Part shown: piece by piece, positions 1-10,266 of the stretch
Position numbering within the stretch: position 1 is the stretch's first letter
Layout of the letters: each line of letters opens with the position of its first letter
Origin: Rickettsiales bacterium
GTDB lineage: Bacteria; Pseudomonadota; Alphaproteobacteria; Rickettsiales; UBA998
DNA length: 64,000 nt
Assembly (NCBI GenBank): GCA_024304995.1
Contig: JAMWZD010000001.1
Span: 385,472 to 449,471, forward strand
Reading direction: 5' to 3'
Program-made: the position numbers and the translations under genes
The notes under the pieces: generated by a model
The model's input: only the letters and a program-made list of their open reading frames with translations
Database searches by the model: none
Told to the model about the DNA's origin: nothing

Positions 1-330
1 CATTAAAGCACCTGGCAGCAAACCAGACTCTGTCAGCACCTGAAAACCATTGCACACACCAATCACATATCCACCGCGCTCTGCATGTTTTTTTACTGCA
101 TCCATGATGGGGGAACGAGCGGACATCGCGCCAGAGCGCAGGTAATCTCCATAAGAAAATCCGCCTGGCAGCATTACCAGATCCACTTCAGGCAAAGACG
201 TTTCCTGATGCCATACTTTGAGGACTTCACCAGTTTCACTTCCCCATTGTCCCGATAACATTGCATCCAGCGCGGTGAATGCATCGCGGTCACAATTTGA
301 ACCTGGAAATGTTATGACTGCTGCTTTCAT
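1..330 (-). CDS. purQ: Phosphoribosylformylglycinamidine synthase I (glutaminase subunit), 3' end outside the window
   Basis: Reverse translation from ATG (rc) at 328-330 gives [16 protein letters not shown]...[12 protein letters not shown]...GVCNGFQVL, the class I amidotransferase PurQ signature. It sits directly downstream of purS. Confidence 0.85.
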   Translation of the reverse strand, partial: MKAAVITFPGSNCDRDAFTALDAMLSGQWGSETGEVLKVWHQETSLPEVDLVMLPGGFSYGDYLRSGAMSARSPIMDAVKKHAERGGYVIGVCNGFQVLTESGLLPGALM

Positions 331-576
331 TTATGCCTCGACAATCTCTGCGCGGTAACTTTCAATTACTGTATTTGCGAGTAACTGCTCACACATAGCG
401 TCCAGCTGTTTTTGGGCAGCATTCTTATCCGTTTCATTCAGTTCCACTTCGATAAATTTTCCCTGACGGACAGATTCCACATTGTCAAACCCAAGATGAT
501 GCAGCGTATTTTGTGATGCTTTGCCTTGCGGGTCTAATACACCATGTTTCAATGTAATAAAAATATGCGCTTTCAT
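331..576 (-). CDS. purS: Phosphoribosylformylglycinamidine synthase subunit PurS
   Basis: 81-aa ORF (MKAHIFITLKHGVLDPQGKA...) of typical PurS length and sequence, in purC-purS-purQ order. Confidence 0.9.
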   Translation of the reverse strand: MKAHIFITLKHGVLDPQGKASQNTLHHLGFDNVESVRQGKFIEVELNETDKNAAQKQLDAMCEQLLANTVIESYRAEIVEA

Positions 577-578
577 CT

Positions 579-1358
579 TTAGTCCTTTTTGTCACTTTTA
601 TTATCATCAATGGAAGCAATCTCCGCGCTCGGCAGCACACCAAGACGCTCAGCCACTTCGCGGTAGGCTTCCTCAATCCCGCCTAAATCCTGACGGAAAC
701 GGTCTTTATCCATTTTTTCGTCTGTTTTAATGTCCCATAGACGGCACGAATCAGGGCTTATTTCGTCTGCCAGAATGATTTTGGAACGTCCATCTTCATC
801 ATATACGCGACCAAATTCTATTTTAAAATCCACCAGCTTTAAACCGATGCCGCGGAACAACCCCGTCATAAAGTCGTTGATGCGCAATGCCATCAAGCGG
901 ATTTCTTCCACTTCCAGCGGGTCTGCAATATCAAATGTATACATATGTTCTTCAGAAATAAACGGATCACCCAACTCATCATTTTTCAGGCAATATTCCA
1001 CTAATGGCATTCCCAAAGGCGCACCTTCATCCACCTTGAAGCGTTTCGCAAAGCTGCCTGCAGAACAGTTGCGCACAATCACCTCAAGCGGAATAATTTC
1101 CACTGCGCGGATGAGCTGCTCACGCATATTCAGCGTACGAATGAAATGGTTTGGAATGCCAATTTCCTGCAACCGAAGCATGACAAACTCGGAGATTTTA
1201 TTGTTAATCACCCCCTTGCCACGAATCGTGCCTTTTTTTTCATTATTGAAAGCAGTCGCATCATCTTTAAAATGCGCAATCAACGTTCCAGGCTCAGGGC
1301 CTTCAAAAAGTTGTTTGGCTTTGCCTTCATATATCGGCACTCGTTTCGCTGTGTTCAT
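579..1358 (-). CDS. purC: Phosphoribosylaminoimidazole-succinocarboxamide (SAICAR) synthase
   Basis: ORF 579..1391. An internal Met (rc ATG 1356-1358) gives [20 protein letters not shown], the usual PurC N-terminus. The IPLEVIVRN motif is present. Confidence 0.9.
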   Translation of the reverse strand: MNTAKRVPIYEGKAKQLFEGPEPGTLIAHFKDDATAFNNEKKGTIRGKGVINNKISEFVMLRLQEIGIPNHFIRTLNMREQLIRAVEIIPLEVIVRNCSAGSFAKRFKVDEGAPLGMPLVEYCLKNDELGDPFISEEHMYTFDIADPLEVEEIRLMALRINDFMTGLFRGIGLKLVDFKIEFGRVYDEDGRSKIILADEISPDSCRLWDIKTDEKMDKDRFRQDLGGIEEAYREVAERLGVLPSAEIASIDDNKSDKKD

Positions 1359-1552
1359 AACTTTTCTGGCTTTGTACTGCAATAAATTCATATCTGGTTA
1401 TTCGCGTGCATGGGAATCACACACATTTGAAACCTCATGCGCACATTAATGCGAAATCATGCATTTGAAAAGCATAAACTCCATTTTCTTATTGGTTTTT
1501 TACTGATATTATAAGATATAAGCTAAAATAGTTAAGAATAAGGAACGATTAA

Positions 1553-1885
1553 ATGAATGATCTACATGAACGCGCACACGCATTTGAATCTCGCTATGCG
1601 CATGATAATGAAATGAAATTTAAGGCAGAAATGCGCCGCAACAAGCTGGTGGGTCTGTGGGCTGCTGCGTTGCTGGGCAAGGCATCAGGGCATGAGAGTG
1701 AAAAATACGCCAAAGAAGTGATTGAGTCTGATTTTGAAGAACCAGGTGACGAAGATGTGCTGCGCAAAGTGCTGGGTGATTTGCAGACCGCAGGCAAAGG
1801 CGTGACGCGTGAAGATGTTCGCAAAAAGATGGATCAGTTGATGATTGAAGCGAAAGCACAGGTCTTTGCTGAGGCAGATATATAA
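1553..1885 (+). CDS. DUF1476 family protein (F1-ATPase inhibitor zeta-subunit family of Alphaproteobacteria)
   Basis: 110 aa. RAHAFESRYAHDNEMKFKAEMRRNKLVGLWAA...SDFEEPGDEDVLRKV closely follows the Paracoccus zeta-subunit pattern as I recall it. Confidence 0.8.
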   Translation: MNDLHERAHAFESRYAHDNEMKFKAEMRRNKLVGLWAAALLGKASGHESEKYAKEVIESDFEEPGDEDVLRKVLGDLQTAGKGVTREDVRKKMDQLMIEAKAQVFAEADI

Positions 1886-1894
1886 GTGTTAATC

Positions 1895-1973
1895 GTCATA
1901 CTGAACGTAGTGAAGCATCTAATGATACCTAAAAAAAATAGTAAGATAGATTCTTCCTCACCCTCAGAATAAC
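1895..1973. repeat. Palindromic REPIN/MITE-like element, copy A (degenerate right arm)
   Basis: Left arm gtcatactgaacgtagtgaagcatc (1895-1919); right arm agattcttcctcaccctcagaataac (1948-1973). Lies between convergent gene ends, and the right arm supplies the last codons and stop of the SDR gene. Confidence 0.6.
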
Positions 1974-2683
1974 GATGCCGATAACCGCCCCCCATGCGGA
2001 GCGTTTGCTTGCATCGCACGCACAAACAGGTCTGTTAATGCCAGATCATCTGGCTTTAGCAGGCTTTCTTTTTTCTCACTCGGAAAGGCTTGCGCGCGCA
2101 TGTCTGTTGCCACAATCGCGGGGTCAATGAGATTCACTCGCATGGCGCTATCTTCACGCTCCACAGCGTAAGTCATGGCTAAACTTTCCAATGCATGTTT
2201 GCTGGCAGCATATGCCCCCCAAAATGGCGCGTTCATCTGCGTGATGCCTGAGGTGACAAATGCCACACGCGGCGCATCACTTTGCATTAATAACGGATCA
2301 AGAATACGCAGCAACCGCCAGTTCGCCGTTACATTCACTGCCATAACTTTTTCAAACAGTTTTGTGTCATGATGTGTCAGTGGTGTCACCTGCCCTAAAA
2401 TGGCGGCATTACCGATGAAGCCGTCAATCCTGCCAAATTTCTGCAGCAGTCCAGCCCCCAATGCATCAATCTTGTCCATCTCCGTTAAATCTAACGGAAC
2501 AATTGTTGCGGGTTCACCTGTAATTTCCTGAATCACATCATCCACTGCTTCCAGTTTCGCCACGTCACGTGCCACCAGCACGCAGTGCGCTCCTTCGCGC
2601 GCCAGCCGTTTGGCAACGCCCGCGCCAATCCCGCGGGACGCGCCTGTGATTACAATAATTTTGTCTTTAAGTTCTTTTGTCAT
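1964..2683 (-). CDS. Short-chain dehydrogenase/reductase (SDR) family oxidoreductase
   Basis: ORF 1964..2722. The Met at rc 2681-2683 gives MTKELKDKIIVITGASRGIG (TGxxxGIG Rossmann motif), followed by YAASK (catalytic YxxxK). Confidence 0.85.
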   Translation of the reverse strand: MTKELKDKIIVITGASRGIGAGVAKRLAREGAHCVLVARDVAKLEAVDDVIQEITGEPATIVPLDLTEMDKIDALGAGLLQKFGRIDGFIGNAAILGQVTPLTHHDTKLFEKVMAVNVTANWRLLRILDPLLMQSDAPRVAFVTSGITQMNAPFWGAYAASKHALESLAMTYAVEREDSAMRVNLIDPAIVATDMRAQAFPSEKKESLLKPDDLALTDLFVRAMQANAPHGGRLSASLF

Positions 2684-2774
2684 AACGGCAATATAGCGCC
2701 TAACACATAACCCGACCAGCAAAGAAGAACGGTTTTTAATATCTTTTTTACATGCAAGGCAGTAAAAGGCGATA

Positions 2775-4589
2775 ATGCAGCAACGTATATTCTATATTCT
2801 GGTCACAGGCTGTTTGTTACTTGCCCACCCAGCTCATGCGCTCATCTGGCCGCTCAGTGTGTTCTTTGATCCATCTGTGGTGGATTATGATGTGACCTTC
2901 ACCAATATTGAAGATGAACTGGTAGAAGATTACACATTAGAGACTTATGCACGCGAAGCGATAGACCCGAAAAACCCACCGCAGGATGCAGAGAGCCTGC
3001 GAATTGTCAGCGGCGTGATGGCAGACAGAGTTCGCAAAAAGCTGATTTCCGAAGCCTATTATGACGCAACCGTATCCGCATTTCTGAAAACAGAAGATGA
3101 TGAAGGGGAAACCACCAAACCAGAAATGGTGTTTAGCGTGGTAACAGGGCAGCGCTACAAAATTGTTGAAAGTGAGATTAAATGGAAATCAGACCCGCTT
3201 GCATTAAACACAGAAGATATATTTTTGAAAAAAAATGTGCCTGCTACATCTGAAAATGTGCTGGAAAATAAAAATAATTTAGAAACCGCACTGGAAGAAG
3301 AATTTTGCCTGCTATCCTACACCGTGGAACCAAGACTCGTTTTAGACAAGCTCGATGGCGCTGCCAAATTGCGCTATCGCATTGAGCATGGCGGGCGAGC
3401 TGACTTTGGAGCATTAAGTTTCACAGGTGATGATGGCATTTCCGAAGAAATTCTGATGAAATCCATCTCCTGGAAACAGGGTGAGTGTTTTTCACAGAAG
3501 AAACTGGATAAGGCGCAGACATCCTTACTGCAAACACAGTTAATTGCCTCTGCCAATATTGAAGTGGCCGAAACACCCAATGAACAGGGCGAAGTGCCTG
3601 TTACAATAGACATTACAGAACGCCCGCATCGCACCATTACCGCAGGAACGAGTTTTGGTACGGATGAAGGAATTGCCGTGAAAACAGGCTGGGAACATCG
3701 CAATTTTACAGGCAATGCAGACAGGCTGAATGTTGATGCCCGCTGGTCGCAACTGAACGCCCAGCTTTCCACCCGTTATACTATTCCCTATTTCCTGCGG
3801 GATGATCAGAATTTCTCTCTTGCTGGCACGATTGAACGCCAGACAACAGACACATTTGACTCGCTCTCGGCGTCCGTTCTGGCAGATATTGATCGCAATA
3901 TTAATGAATATCTGGTTGTTGGCGCTGGCGGAGGCTTCCGTTTTTCTTCGGTGGAAGAAGATGGCGAACCGACCGAAAATTACGGATTACTCTATTTTCC
4001 TGTTTATGCTCAGTGGGATTCGCGCGATAGCTCAGTTGATTCGCGCAAAGGACTATATGCCCGCGCTTCCGTATCCCCTTATGTGGATGTGACGGGGCAG
4101 GATGTGGCGTTCACCAAACTGGAGGGGGAAGCCAAAACCTATCTCACGCAGGAAAAATGGAAGTGGAAACCAACGCTGGCATTACGCGCACTTTATGGGC
4201 AGATTAACGGGGCTGACGTAAATGACGTGCCTGCGGATCTGCGTTTCTATTCAGGCGGAGGTGGCTCTGTTCGCGGGTATAATTTCCGTGCCATTGGTCC
4301 GATAGATGATGAAGGCAACCCAGAAGGTGGCACAATTCTAACTGAATTGACCAGTGAATTGCGATTGCGCTTTACAGACACTATCGGCGGTGTTGCTTTT
4401 GTGGATGCGGGAACCGTGTATAATGCAGAAGCACCCGATTTTTCTGAGGATTTGTTTCTTTCCGCGGGTCTGGGCGCACGTTATTACAGCCCGATTGGCC
4501 CTATCCGTTTCGACGTGGGAGTGCCTCTGGATGAGGTGGAAGATGACACACCCTTTGGCGTATATATCAGCATAGGACAGGCATTTTAA
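2775..4589 (+). CDS. tamA: Outer-membrane BamA/TamA-family protein (translocation and assembly module A)
   Basis: 604 aa with a signal peptide (LLLAHPAHA) and a surface-antigen D15-like beta-barrel ending ...YISIGQAF (C-terminal Phe). Translationally coupled (TAATG) to the DUF490 gene. Confidence 0.8.
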   Translation: MQQRIFYILVTGCLLLAHPAHALIWPLSVFFDPSVVDYDVTFTNIEDELVEDYTLETYAREAIDPKNPPQDAESLRIVSGVMADRVRKKLISEAYYDATVSAFLKTEDDEGETTKPEMVFSVVTGQRYKIVESEIKWKSDPLALNTEDIFLKKNVPATSENVLENKNNLETALEEEFCLLSYTVEPRLVLDKLDGAAKLRYRIEHGGRADFGALSFTGDDGISEEILMKSISWKQGECFSQKKLDKAQTSLLQTQLIASANIEVAETPNEQGEVPVTIDITERPHRTITAGTSFGTDEGIAVKTGWEHRNFTGNADRLNVDARWSQLNAQLSTRYTIPYFLRDDQNFSLAGTIERQTTDTFDSLSASVLADIDRNINEYLVVGAGGGFRFSSVEEDGEPTENYGLLYFPVYAQWDSRDSSVDSRKGLYARASVSPYVDVTGQDVAFTKLEGEAKTYLTQEKWKWKPTLALRALYGQINGADVNDVPADLRFYSGGGGSVRGYNFRAIGPIDDEGNPEGGTILTELTSELRLRFTDTIGGVAFVDAGTVYNAEAPDFSEDLFLSAGLGARYYSPIGPIRFDVGVPLDEVEDDTPFGVYISIGQAF

Positions 4590-7500
4590 TGAAACAGTTT
4601 TTCAGATTTTTACTTGCTACATGTCTTTCGGTTGTTCTGTTTCTGGCAGGACTTATTGCCCTTGCTTACGGTGCATTGCAAACACCTTACGTGAAAGACC
4701 ATCTGGCAGAAATGGCAAGCAACCTTGCGAGCAATGAACAACAGACCATTCAGATTACCGATATTCAAGGACATGTGCCGTGGGATTTCTCTGTTCCCTC
4801 CATTACCATAGCAGATGCAGACGAGGTATGGCTGCGCATCAATGCGCTTCGCATAGACTGGCATCCTCTGGATTTGCTGAAATACACACTGCATATTGAT
4901 CAGCTTACTGCAGATGAAGTGATCATTTCACGCGCGCCCAACGCGCAGGAGCAGGAAGAACAGGCTGAAAGCACACCGCTGACCTCCCTGCCCGACCTTC
5001 CTACGCTGAATATCGGCACAATAAAAAGCCCGCATATTGCGCTTCCAGCTGCATGGATGGGGGGTAAAGATACGCTATGGACACTGGAAATTACTGGAAC
5101 GGACATAAATGCATTGCAAGGGGCATTGCGCACTAAAGACACACAGGCAGATACATCTCTCACTTTTCTGGCGGATGTAGAAGACGCAATAACATTAGAT
5201 ATCAAATTGCAGGATGATGCTGGCGGAGTGATCAACCGCATTGCAAATTATCCCGAGCAACGCCTTTCTGCCAGCATCACTGCTGAAACCAGCAATAATC
5301 TGGCAACCGCAGGGCAGGCAGTAATCACATTGGGTGATACTCAGGCGCTGGACGCAACATTTTTAGTTGCAGATGTTATTACACTGGAAGCAAATGGCAC
5401 ATTGCCAGAATTTGTTCGCCCGCCTTTCACATTTGATTCACACGACTGGACACTGAATCTGAATGCGCAACAAAATGATGCGTTGTGGACAGTTAGCGAT
5501 GCTAAAGCAACATATGGGAACGCAATGCTCAAAGCTGCAGGCGGAGTTAATCTGGAAGATGAAACATTTGCTTCACCTGAATTACTGCTGAGCATTGACG
5601 ACCTATCTCCTTACGCAGAAAATATAAGCGGTAATCTGCGTCTGTCTGCTGTTATTGACGGAACATTTGATGATACTAATGCGCAGATTAATCTCTCCAG
5701 TGACAGCATTAAAACAGGAGATACCCGACTTGCTGCACCTGCTGCAAAATATTCGCTGGCTACATCCTTAAATGCATGGCTGGAAGAAGGCTGGGCGGCA
5801 TCTGACTTTGCGTTGCAGGCAGGCACTGCACTGAATGACCAGAATATCAGCCTCTCTGCCAAAGGAGAGACGCAGCAAAACCGTGTGATTGCAATTAATT
5901 CACTGAAAGCAACCACGCCTTATGCTACGGCGACAGGCACTTTATCTTATGGGCTGGAAAATGGTGCTATTAAAGCAGATATTAATGCAGACCAGCTTCG
6001 CTTAGCAACGCTGACAAATGGGCAGATAAAAGGCACGCTGAATGCCAATGCAAAGGCAGATGGCACACTGGAAAAACTGCCTGTATCCCTCAGCGCATCT
6101 GCAACCAACCTGCAGGGCTTGCCTGACGCTGTGTCGCATTTAATTGCCAATAGCGCCAGTCTGGATGCGAACAGTGTGATTACGCCAAAAACAGTTACTA
6201 TTGATAAGGCAGAATTGTCATCAGGCTCACTCAACGCCATTGTAAAAGGGGCAATTCCACTGGAGCCAAAAGATGCCCCTGCCCCGCTGACATTGTCTAT
6301 CACACATCCGAATTATGCTGCCATCAATGCCAGCACAGAAATGCAGCAATTGCCTGAAAAACTGGTGCTGCGTGACATTGTTTTTAACACGCAAGGCACG
6401 AAAGCAAGTGGCACATTGAACGTGATGCAGCCAAGCGGGTTGCTGGATGGAAATGTAAACATCAATAGTAGCAACATCGCACCTTTGCTTGCATGGGGCA
6501 ATATGCCACGTGCGGAAGGGGCTATGCGGGCGGATATTGCATTGAAAGCCAGCAAACAACAGGCATTCAATGCACAGATCAATGCGGATAATATTATTAT
6601 ACCCAAACAGCAATTAGCCATAGAAACACTCTCTCTTGATGCTTCCTCTCCAAATCTTTCACAACTGGATCAGATGAATATTGCCCTGCAAAGCAGTGAC
6701 ATTCGAAGCAATGATCTGCTCTTACAGACCTTGCAAGTGGCTCTGACACCCTATCAGAATGCCTCGGCATTTGATATTTCACTGGATGGCGCGCAAGCAG
6801 GAAAACCTGTAACATTATCCAGCACAGGTTTAATTGCGTCTCAGCAACAACAGACGGACGTTACATTAAACACGCTGAACGGAAAATATGACTTACTGCC
6901 GTTTGAATTGCAGCGCCCAACCGCATTATCACTGAATCAGAATAATATTACATTGCAGGATACATTGCTGAAGCTGGATGACGGCACATTGCAGCTAAGC
7001 GCACAAAAAACTGCGCGCACTGTGGAAGCGATGCTGAGACTCTCAGACATGCCGCTTTCACCATTGCTCAGCAGCGCAGGTGGTTCACTGCCTCCTGCCA
7101 TTGCTAATGCTACGATTGCAATAAATGGTGCGTCAGCAAAACCTGTTATCCAGACAGACGCAACAATCACTGCAGATATTCCAGGTGATGCACCAAATGC
7201 GAAGATCAATATCACCAGCAACTGGAACAATGCACAGCCTACCCCTGTGATCCGCAATGACATCAGCATGAGCATGAAACAAGAGGTGATTACGGGCAAC
7301 GTCTCTGTGCCTGCCAGTCTTTCCCTGCAACCTTTTGCGTTTAATATGAACGATAATGCACCGCTTGATGGCGCACTGACAGCAGATATGAGCCTGAACG
7401 AATTTGATGGTTGGACAAAACCGCTCGGACACCAGATTGCAGGACTATTGAAAGCAAATATGGCATTGCAGGGCACAGTGGCAGAACCAGACTTTAACGG

Positions 7501-8620
7501 CACTATGGATTTAAGCAACCTCACCTATGACCATCTGCGTTATGGCGTGTGCATTCGTGAAGGTGAAGTCAGCGCAAATTTCAAAAAGGATGAAATGCTG
7601 ATTGCCCGCATTTCTGCACAGGGGCATCGCCGCAAGGGGACGCTGGATGGCAAAGGAAAAATCAATTTTACGAATGGAGACATTACCAGCAATCTGGATA
7701 TGAATAAACTCGCTATTTTCTGTCAGGGAATGGCGGAAGGGCAGATTGCAGGCACAATGAGCGTGAACGGAAAGCTGACTGATATGCTTGCCAAAGGAGA
7801 TATTGCTCTTGGACCATTAGATATTTATATTCCAACAGGTGGTGCGGAAACGATTAAAACAGTGGATTATGTCTATCAGAGTGATTTAAAACGCCAGAAA
7901 GAAGATGCACTGATTGCACTGGATATTAACGTCAATATTCCTGAGACAGTATATGTTCGCGGGCGCGGACTGAACGCAGAGCTTGGCGGTGGCGTGCATG
8001 TTACGGGGTCTGCCACCAACCCCAAAATTGAAGGCAAATTCACCACTGAACGTGGCTCTTTAGAATTTCTCGGTTCTAATCTCAGCATTAATGACGGATA
8101 TGTACGCTTCATTAATCAGAATCCGTCTAAGCCGTATGTCTATCTGGAATCAGATGCCTCTGCTGATGGGGTTGATATTGATTTCACCATTAAAGGCCCT
8201 GCCAGTGACCCCAAATTCACCTTTGGTTCTTCTCCAAACCTTCCAAAAGATGAAATTCTTGCCTTGCTGTTATTCGGCTCTCGCCTGAATGAGATCACAC
8301 CATTTCAGGCATTGCAGCTTGCCAGCGCGGCAGCAAGCCTTTCTGGCAAAGGTGGCGGCGGTGTAGGGCTTCTGGGTTCCACGCGAGATAAATTAGGGCT
8401 GGATGCATTAAATGTGGATGTGGATGAAACAGGCTCAGCCACAGTGGGCGCAGGAAAATATCTGACAGATAAGGTCTATGTTGGCGTGGAACAGGGCACG
8501 CAACCTGGCAGCAGGCGTTTCACAACTGAAATTGAAGTCACTCCGAGCATCACGGCAGAAACCTCGACCACGCAACAAGGAGAGCCGACGGTTGGTGTGG
8601 AATGGAAATATGATTATTAA
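4589..8620 (+). CDS. tamB: Translocation and assembly module protein TamB (DUF490)
   Basis: 1343 aa with an N-terminal anchor helix, a long beta-rich repetitive body and a DUF490-like C-terminus (...LSGKGGGGVGLLGSTRDKLGLD...GKYLTDKVYVGVEQG...). Follows tamA. Confidence 0.8.
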   Translation: MKQFFRFLLATCLSVVLFLAGLIALAYGALQTPYVKDHLAEMASNLASNEQQTIQITDIQGHVPWDFSVPSITIADADEVWLRINALRIDWHPLDLLKYTLHIDQLTADEVIISRAPNAQEQEEQAESTPLTSLPDLPTLNIGTIKSPHIALPAAWMGGKDTLWTLEITGTDINALQGALRTKDTQADTSLTFLADVEDAITLDIKLQDDAGGVINRIANYPEQRLSASITAETSNNLATAGQAVITLGDTQALDATFLVADVITLEANGTLPEFVRPPFTFDSHDWTLNLNAQQNDALWTVSDAKATYGNAMLKAAGGVNLEDETFASPELLLSIDDLSPYAENISGNLRLSAVIDGTFDDTNAQINLSSDSIKTGDTRLAAPAAKYSLATSLNAWLEEGWAASDFALQAGTALNDQNISLSAKGETQQNRVIAINSLKATTPYATATGTLSYGLENGAIKADINADQLRLATLTNGQIKGTLNANAKADGTLEKLPVSLSASATNLQGLPDAVSHLIANSASLDANSVITPKTVTIDKAELSSGSLNAIVKGAIPLEPKDAPAPLTLSITHPNYAAINASTEMQQLPEKLVLRDIVFNTQGTKASGTLNVMQPSGLLDGNVNINSSNIAPLLAWGNMPRAEGAMRADIALKASKQQAFNAQINADNIIIPKQQLAIETLSLDASSPNLSQLDQMNIALQSSDIRSNDLLLQTLQVALTPYQNASAFDISLDGAQAGKPVTLSSTGLIASQQQQTDVTLNTLNGKYDLLPFELQRPTALSLNQNNITLQDTLLKLDDGTLQLSAQKTARTVEAMLRLSDMPLSPLLSSAGGSLPPAIANATIAINGASAKPVIQTDATITADIPGDAPNAKINITSNWNNAQPTPVIRNDISMSMKQEVITGNVSVPASLSLQPFAFNMNDNAPLDGALTADMSLNEFDGWTKPLGHQIAGLLKANMALQGTVAEPDFNGTMDLSNLTYDHLRYGVCIREGEVSANFKKDEMLIARISAQGHRRKGTLDGKGKINFTNGDITSNLDMNKLAIFCQGMAEGQIAGTMSVNGKLTDMLAKGDIALGPLDIYIPTGGAETIKTVDYVYQSDLKRQKEDALIALDINVNIPETVYVRGRGLNAELGGGVHVTGSATNPKIEGKFTTERGSLEFLGSNLSINDGYVRFINQNPSKPYVYLESDASADGVDIDFTIKGPASDPKFTFGSSPNLPKDEILALLLFGSRLNEITPFQALQLASAAASLSGKGGGGVGLLGSTRDKLGLDALNVDVDETGSATVGAGKYLTDKVYVGVEQGTQPGSRRFTTEIEVTPSITAETSTTQQGEPTVGVEWKYDY

Positions 8621-8823
8621 GCGATAATATCAGGATATAATTCTGCTTCAATCTGCATAATCTTGTCACGCAGAGACAGTTTTTCTTTTTTGTAACGCTG
8701 AACCGTAAACACATCTTCAGGTGTCTGTTTTTCACATACGGTAATTTTATGTTCTATTGTGCGGTGCTGGCGTCGCAATTCATCCAGTTTTTTATATAGT
8801 TCAACTTCAGCAGTTTCATCCAT
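8617..8823 (-). CDS. DUF465 (YdcH-like) small protein
   Basis: Start at rc ATG 8821-8823 gives MDETAEVELYKKLDELRRQHRTIEHKI...QRYKKEKLSLRDKIMQIE, the DUF465 pattern (LKK.KL.LKDEI). Confidence 0.6.
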   Translation of the reverse strand: MDETAEVELYKKLDELRRQHRTIEHKITVCEKQTPEDVFTVQRYKKEKLSLRDKIMQIEAELYPDIIA

Positions 8824-9066
8824 GTAAGCACTCTTCCAGATACAATATTTCCGCAACTATATCATATTTTTAAAGAGGGTTACAAGCGATTACGACTTTA
8901 ATTTACGCTTTCTTAATTGCAACAATAGTGCCATTTGGAATTTCCTGCACTAAAATATTTTAAGATTTTTGCTTAGAAAATAGTGCAATTTTGTGATATG
9001 ATTATGGTCTCAGTGGGTTGCGAAACGCATCATAACCTATTGATATATAATAATGTAACAACCGTA

Positions 9067-9252
9067 ATGGAGGAAACATTGAGTACATTATCACACATCC
9101 ACAGTTTACAGGAAAAACGCGACCATTTGAGGTTAGCCATCAAGCAGGAAATGGCATCCGCCTCGCATAATGACCTCAAAATAGCTTCGATGAAAAAGAA
9201 GCGACTCCACTTAAAAGATGAAATTCAGATGCTGCAACGCAAAGCATCCTGA
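9067..9252 (+). CDS. DUF465 (YdcH-like) small protein, divergent paralogue
   Basis: Internal ATG at 9067 gives MEETLSTLSHIHSLQEKRDHLRLAIKQE...ASMKKKRLHLKDEIQMLQ, the same family pattern as 8617..8823. Confidence 0.6.
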   Translation: MEETLSTLSHIHSLQEKRDHLRLAIKQEMASASHNDLKIASMKKKRLHLKDEIQMLQRKAS

Positions 9253-9272
9253 ATCTGATACCCTTAAATATA

Positions 9273-9362
9273 AGACCGACGCAATACGACAAGAATTATG
9301 GTGAGCCATCAGATTGCTCACAGCTTTATCAGATTTTCATGTCGCATTGCGTCGGCTTTTTG
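9273..9362 (+). terminator. Long compound hairpin followed by a T-run (terminator or small structured RNA)
   Basis: Outer stem 9276-9291 (ccgacgcaatacgaca) pairs with 9340-9355 (tgtcgcattgcgtcgg), 15 of 16 bp. Inner hairpin gtgagc/gctcac at 9301-9321. Followed by cttttt at 9356-9361. Confidence 0.45.
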
Positions 9363-9367
9363 TTGCT

Positions 9368-9441
9368 ATCATTCTGAACGTAGCGAAGAATCCTTGTTCA
9401 TCTGTCGCAGATAGTAATGTGATATTTCGCTTAATGTAACA
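9368..9441. repeat. Palindromic REPIN/MITE-like element, copy B (right arm degenerate/shortened)
   Basis: Left arm atcattctgaacgtagcgaagaatcc (9368-9393). Possible eroded right arm gtgatatttcgcttaatgtaaca (9419-9441), abutting the rlmE stop. Confidence 0.5.
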
Positions 9442-9443
9442 TC

Positions 9444-10166
9444 TTATATTTTAAACAGCTTTTCCATCCCTTCACGAAGCCCCATCGCAATCACGTACGT
9501 CTCGGGGGATTCTTTGCGGCTGGATTGGGGTTTGAAGTGGGCGACCTTGTCAAAACGCTGCTTCATATCCGTCAACATATTCGCTTCCGTGCCGCCCTGC
9601 CGCACTTTGCATACAAACGTACCACCAACGGACAATACTTCCAGCGCTAATTCATATGCCAACTCACAAAGCAAAATAATGCGCATATGATCGGTTGAAG
9701 AATGTCCTGTTGTATTTGGTGCTAAATCGGACAGCACCAAATCCACGCGATCATCCATCAGTGCGTGAATGCGCTCTGGAGCATCGTCATCATTCATATC
9801 ACATTGCAGAAAATTGACACCTGCAATCGACGGCATATCTAATATATCCACCGCCACAACAGACGGGTTTTTGGCAGAAGACTGTACCGCCTTCGCTGCA
9901 ACTTGGCTCCATCCGCCAGGGGCTGCGCCCAAATCCACCACATGCATCCCCTGCTTCATCAGGCTGAATTTGTCGTCCAGTTCAATTAATTTATACGCGG
10001 CACGGGAACGATACCCATCGCGTTTGGCTTGCTGCACGTAAGGGTCATTTAACTGACGCTGCAACCAGCGCGTGGAAGACGTTTTGCGCCCACGCGCGGT
10101 TTTCACACGAACCGTAAGATCGCGCTGCCCAGCAATGATGGGTGGTTTTGGCGGTTTTTTTGGCAT
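9444..10166 (-). CDS. rlmE: 23S rRNA (uridine2552-2'-O)-methyltransferase RlmE/FtsJ
   Basis: RWLQRQLNDPYVQQAKRDGYRSRAAYKLIELDDKF...VVDLGAAPGGWSQVA is the canonical FtsJ N-terminus and SAM motif. Confidence 0.9.
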   Translation of the reverse strand: MPKKPPKPPIIAGQRDLTVRVKTARGRKTSSTRWLQRQLNDPYVQQAKRDGYRSRAAYKLIELDDKFSLMKQGMHVVDLGAAPGGWSQVAAKAVQSSAKNPSVVAVDILDMPSIAGVNFLQCDMNDDDAPERIHALMDDRVDLVLSDLAPNTTGHSSTDHMRIILLCELAYELALEVLSVGGTFVCKVRQGGTEANMLTDMKQRFDKVAHFKPQSSRKESPETYVIAMGLREGMEKLFKI

Positions 10167-10266
10167 ATCATCATCTTAATACATAGTTAGCCAAAAAATA
10201 ACCACCAATAAATGACTATGTCAGTTTTTCTAAACTCAAAACGCAGAAACTAAGCGAATAATATCT

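Noticed and set aside
730-1449. 239-aa plus-strand ORF
   Set aside because: It is entirely antisense to the well-supported purC gene, and its product is low-complexity and Ser/Arg-rich. A shadow ORF.
6937-7524. 195-aa minus-strand ORF, plus other 60-130-aa ORFs inside tamB
   Set aside because: All overlap the 1343-aa TamB reading frame on the opposite strand or in another frame, and none has a signature of its own.
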